Of a DNA stretch of 64,000 nucleotides, positions 60,339-64,000 are shown piece by piece. The notes below the pieces were generated by a model. That model made no database searches, had not been told where the DNA came from, and saw nothing but the letters and a program-made list of their open reading frames with translations. Position 1 is the stretch's first letter; every line of letters begins with the position of its first letter. A program made the translations under genes and the position numbers. Source of the stretch: Podarcis erhardii (taxonomy: Eukaryota); the NCBI GenBank assembly GCA_964252035.1, contig OZ176206.1; one strand, given 5' to 3'.

Positions 60339-61621
60339 GCAGACATGACTGTGTCTCTAGCTTCCAGTTAAGAGCTTAGGCAGCTTTAGTGGCGGGAACC
60401 TCCCAGAATTCGGCGCCCGGGTGCACCACACCTCTTGCACCCCCGGGTAAAGACGGCCCTGGCAGACATGACTCTGTGTCTCTAGCTTCCAGCAACAGCT
60501 AAAATCTTTCTCTCACCCACACAATTCTTTCATATACAGACTCCCTTTGCCTGTTGCTCTCTGTGGATGTGGCATCCAGCCAGGGAAATTAGGAAAAGAC
60601 TCTATGGCAACCTCTTGGGACTTGTATATGGCAGTGCTTGGTTGGCCAGCTAGGGGCAGAAACGAGCTGGTTTGACTGGCTAACCAGGTTCCCTCTTATG
60701 CATTCTACCTTCACACCTATAACAATATAATACTTTGGGTTCAAACTATGGAGTTATATCCAAAGAACTGTGAGCAGAAAGGAAACAGCCAATGATGCCG
60801 ACCAGAGTACTAATGATAGGGGTCTTATATAACAATTCTCCTGTATCTGCTTATCCAAAGGGTATAATCCCTTGTCATATGCTGCACACACAGATGTAGG
60901 GGAGGGTTAGTGCTTGTGACCCCATGGTCGTCCCCCCAATATTTTTTGAATGCATTGGGGAGGCCCATCTGTTGAAAGAAACAGGTCCACACTGCACCAA
61001 AGATAGTGATCCATTTATATTTTGGCAACAGGCTTATAGTGCTTTCATGGTGATGGTGGGGATATCCCCCGCCCAGCTCCCCTGCTCTATTCTTACCCCA
61101 CTTTCTGGCTGCTCATTCCCCAGCTGGAGTTTGCTGTGGTGCCACTGGATCTTCTTCTGCCAGGATAATAACCCCAGCCAATTAGAGATCAGATGGTGCA
61201 TTGTCATCATGACACTACACAGATTTGGCTTGGCAATATCGGACAGACAACACAGAGTGAGAGCATTGCTTTGGGAGTCATTTCCCTCACTCAGAACAGT
61301 TAGAAACTTTTACCTTCCTTCACAGTGCCCTGCACCAAAAATCACCAGGGGAAGGATACTTTGCCACTAATAAAATATTCTGCTGAAATTTCCCCATTAT
61401 TTCTCAGTTTTAAAAGGAACATATTTGTATCTCATATTTTGACAACAGTATCTGCACATAAATGGGAGAGCTATTTTGCTTTTAGGAAAAAGATAGAGGG
61501 ACTTCATCATTTGAGTAAGAATGCTGGCAAACTGAAGGAACATGATCAATTCTTAAAACAATTTCAGGTTGACAAAAATGCTATTTTTAAATCAATAGGC
61601 CAGACATTTTTTACTCTTTAC

Positions 61622-61706
61622 CTGCCTCATTCTTCTTCTTATGTTTCATTCTCTCTCCCTGGCTGTTCTCTTTTTTCTGCCTTCTCTTCTTTGCAATCAT
61701 TTCAAA
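61622..61706 (-). CDS. Candidate 85-nt exon
   Basis: Acceptor CTGTCATTTTTTGGACAG|, donor CAG|GTAAAG; only open frame FEMIAKKRRQKKENSQGERMKHKKKNEA. Low-complexity purine content weakens it. Confidence 0.25.
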
Positions 61707-61963
61707 CTGTCCAAAAAATGACAGTGTTTCATGTCTGTTACTCGTTGCAAGAAATAGCTCATTTAACATTCACAGCTGGTAATGGGCCTGACTCCATTGT
61801 TCCACCTGTTCAATGTGTCATGTTGTTTAGCCGGGCACCACTGTTACCAAACAAACCCTGGCAGCTGGACAGAACAATTTGGAACTGGAGATATTTCATG
61901 GATTAACTTTGGAGTGGATCCTTCATGATTTTGCTCTCAGGAATGGAAACATCATTTCAAATA

Positions 61964-62214
61964 CAGTCGTACCTTGGTTCTCAAACAGAATCCATTCTGA
62001 ACGTCTGTTAGACTTACAAAAACATTCAAAAACCAAGGCACGGCTTCCGATTGGCTGCAGGAGCTTTCTGCACTCAATCGGAAGCCTCAGAAGCCGCATT
62101 GGATGTTCGGCTTCCAAAAAAAGTTTGCACACCAGAACACTCACTTCCAGATTTGCAGCGTTTGGGAGCGAAAATGTTCAAGTCACAAGGCATTCGAGAA
62201 CCAAGGTATGACTG
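61964..62214. mobile_element. Tc1/mariner MITE
   Basis: CAGTCGTACCTTGGTTCTC / GAGAACCAAGGTATGACTG; TA on the left, TG on the right. Confidence 0.85.
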
Positions 62215-64000
62215 TGGTAAACATGCATGGAGAAGGAATTTATAAAAATGGACATTCCCTGCAAGATACTGCAACCAGCTTTTTTCCATGATGAAAGTGA
62301 GAGGAAAGATCTTGGTTGAATGTATGAAGTGGTTTGAGCTCCATCTACTGTAGGAGTGTCTGCTGTGGTTGGTGGTGGATCTAAACCCTTTCTGAGTTAT
62401 GATGCCAGGGCTTGATCTTCAGCATGCAGAGTAAGTGTTCTGCCACTGAGATCTGCTTCATCCCTGGGATTCTGCAGCATATATTAGATTGGTCCATAGT
62501 CAGAAATTGTGGTAGAGGGGAGAAATGGGACTTTGAGGGGGGCATGGGTGACCATTCAATTGGTAGAGTACTTAAGACCACCCCTTCCAACTCTACGATG
62601 CTATGATTCTGTGATTAGAAAAGCCAAATTTCACATTGTACTGCAGAGAGGCAGTCCTGAGTGCCTGTATTTGTTGTTTACAAGATAAAATCCCACCCAA
62701 CAGCATAGTGTTTTCCATTCAGAGGCAACTGAGGTTCTGGCAGCCACCGACATCTATCTCAAGAGCTCCTGAGAGCTGAAAACTTTCAGCTGATCATCCC
62801 ATATATTTAGTAAACAAAGCTGTGTTGAAGCTGGGATGGAATGTTTTAGGATTTCTGTCATTTATTGACAAACCATTGTCCAGATCATGAATATCTTTGG
62901 GCAGTCCCACCATAGATGGGAAAAGTGCCTCTTTTTTTTATAGCCCCACCAACAGTTCTGAGACCCTGTTTATTACAATGTGGGTTTTTTCATTCTCCAT
63001 AGCATTTGCATTGTAGAGCTGGCTCACCAAGAAAAACTACCTGCACACTCGCACCCGAGGATGAGTGTGGGGCACCTCCCTGGATAAAGCCAAGCCTGTT
63101 TTTGCTTAGAGCTCTTAACTGCCTCCATTCTGCATTCTTTTATTCTGAATGAAACATTCTTTTATTCTGAATGAATGAGACCGCTTTGCAATAAATCACT
63201 GTGACCTCTCTCAAAGACTGTTCTTTTTAATGCTGTTTTCCTCTCTTAACAAAAAGCACAGTTAATCAGCACCTGGGTACCTGTTGTTTGTTTCCATGCT
63301 TTTTAAATTGGATTTTTAACATTAGGCTTTTGATATCTGCATCACTGAAGCAAGGGCAAAAATAAATAAATGGCGCAGATGAGGAGGAATGACAATTAAC
63401 CATTTTAAGGGTTCCCACTTTCTCTCTCTTTTAAAAAGTGAAAGGCACAGTGATATTGCACCATTTGAAATGTAGTCCCGACATAGAGCTGACTCTAGCA
63501 TTTTGATTGTGATGAGTTCAGCAACTTGAGGAGCAATTGAAGGAAATTAAAGAAAAGTTGAAAAATACGATCTACAGTAAAAAGTAGTAGATTTATTTGG
63601 CTGGGTTGGGAAGAAGACTGTGGGTGCCCTCAGATATAAGGTGGGTGGTAAGCCATAATAAAAACAATCATTTGGAGGGGGGAAAGAAACACAGCAGAGA
63701 GGACAGGAAGTAGGGTGTGAGGGCCCCCTCCTCTCTTGGTTCTCAAAACAGCAGTGAAGGAAAGTATGTCCCAGAGTAGTGCTCAGGAATCTTATCCTCA
63801 GGCAGCCCACAGGGAAGAGTGGGAGTGGTTTCTTGTCTAGCCAGGAAGCCTGGATGGCCCAATCATCACCCTCTTTCCAGTCCTTATCACTTTCACATCT
63901 CACTTTCACCCATAGGTCATCTCTGTCATATTTCCACATTCAATTGTGAATTGTAAAGTGTTAATTGGTTATCAAGAAAAACTGCATTTAAATAGACAAT

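Noticed and set aside
61325-61906. 193-aa plus-strand ORF
   Set aside because: Composition is intron-like (F/S/L-rich from a pyrimidine tract), with no domain motif or splice context.

Overview
This is vertebrate nuclear DNA from a squamate reptile, most likely a lacertid lizard. The inference rests on Sauria SINEs, Squam-type tRNA SINEs, CR1/L2/Rex1/L1/Penelope fragments and many Tc1/mariner and hAT MITEs. There is no prokaryotic operon, CRISPR array, rRNA gene or intact tRNA gene. The window looks like repeat-rich intronic or intergenic DNA. Several short minus-strand exon candidates have good splice signals and compatible reading phases, which may mark a large-intron gene I cannot name. 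A few CpG-retaining, motif-rich blocks look like enhancers. The only long ORF (7969-10188) is a dead L1-clade ORF2 with an in-frame internal deletion. The most interesting signals are: (1) solo LTRs of two families carrying an acidic/Pro/basic ORF that starts at the first LTR codons and stays collinear between diverged copies; (2) an ACATG motif at or next to the junctions of both copies of one L1 family; (3) a 1-kb hAT element with a perfect TSD and exon-like cargo; (4) a hAT end duplicated together with its flank; (5) a young hAT MITE with telomere-like repeats. All calls come from reading the sequence by eye, with no database searches. Boundaries of old repeats are approximate unless a TSD or TIR is quoted.
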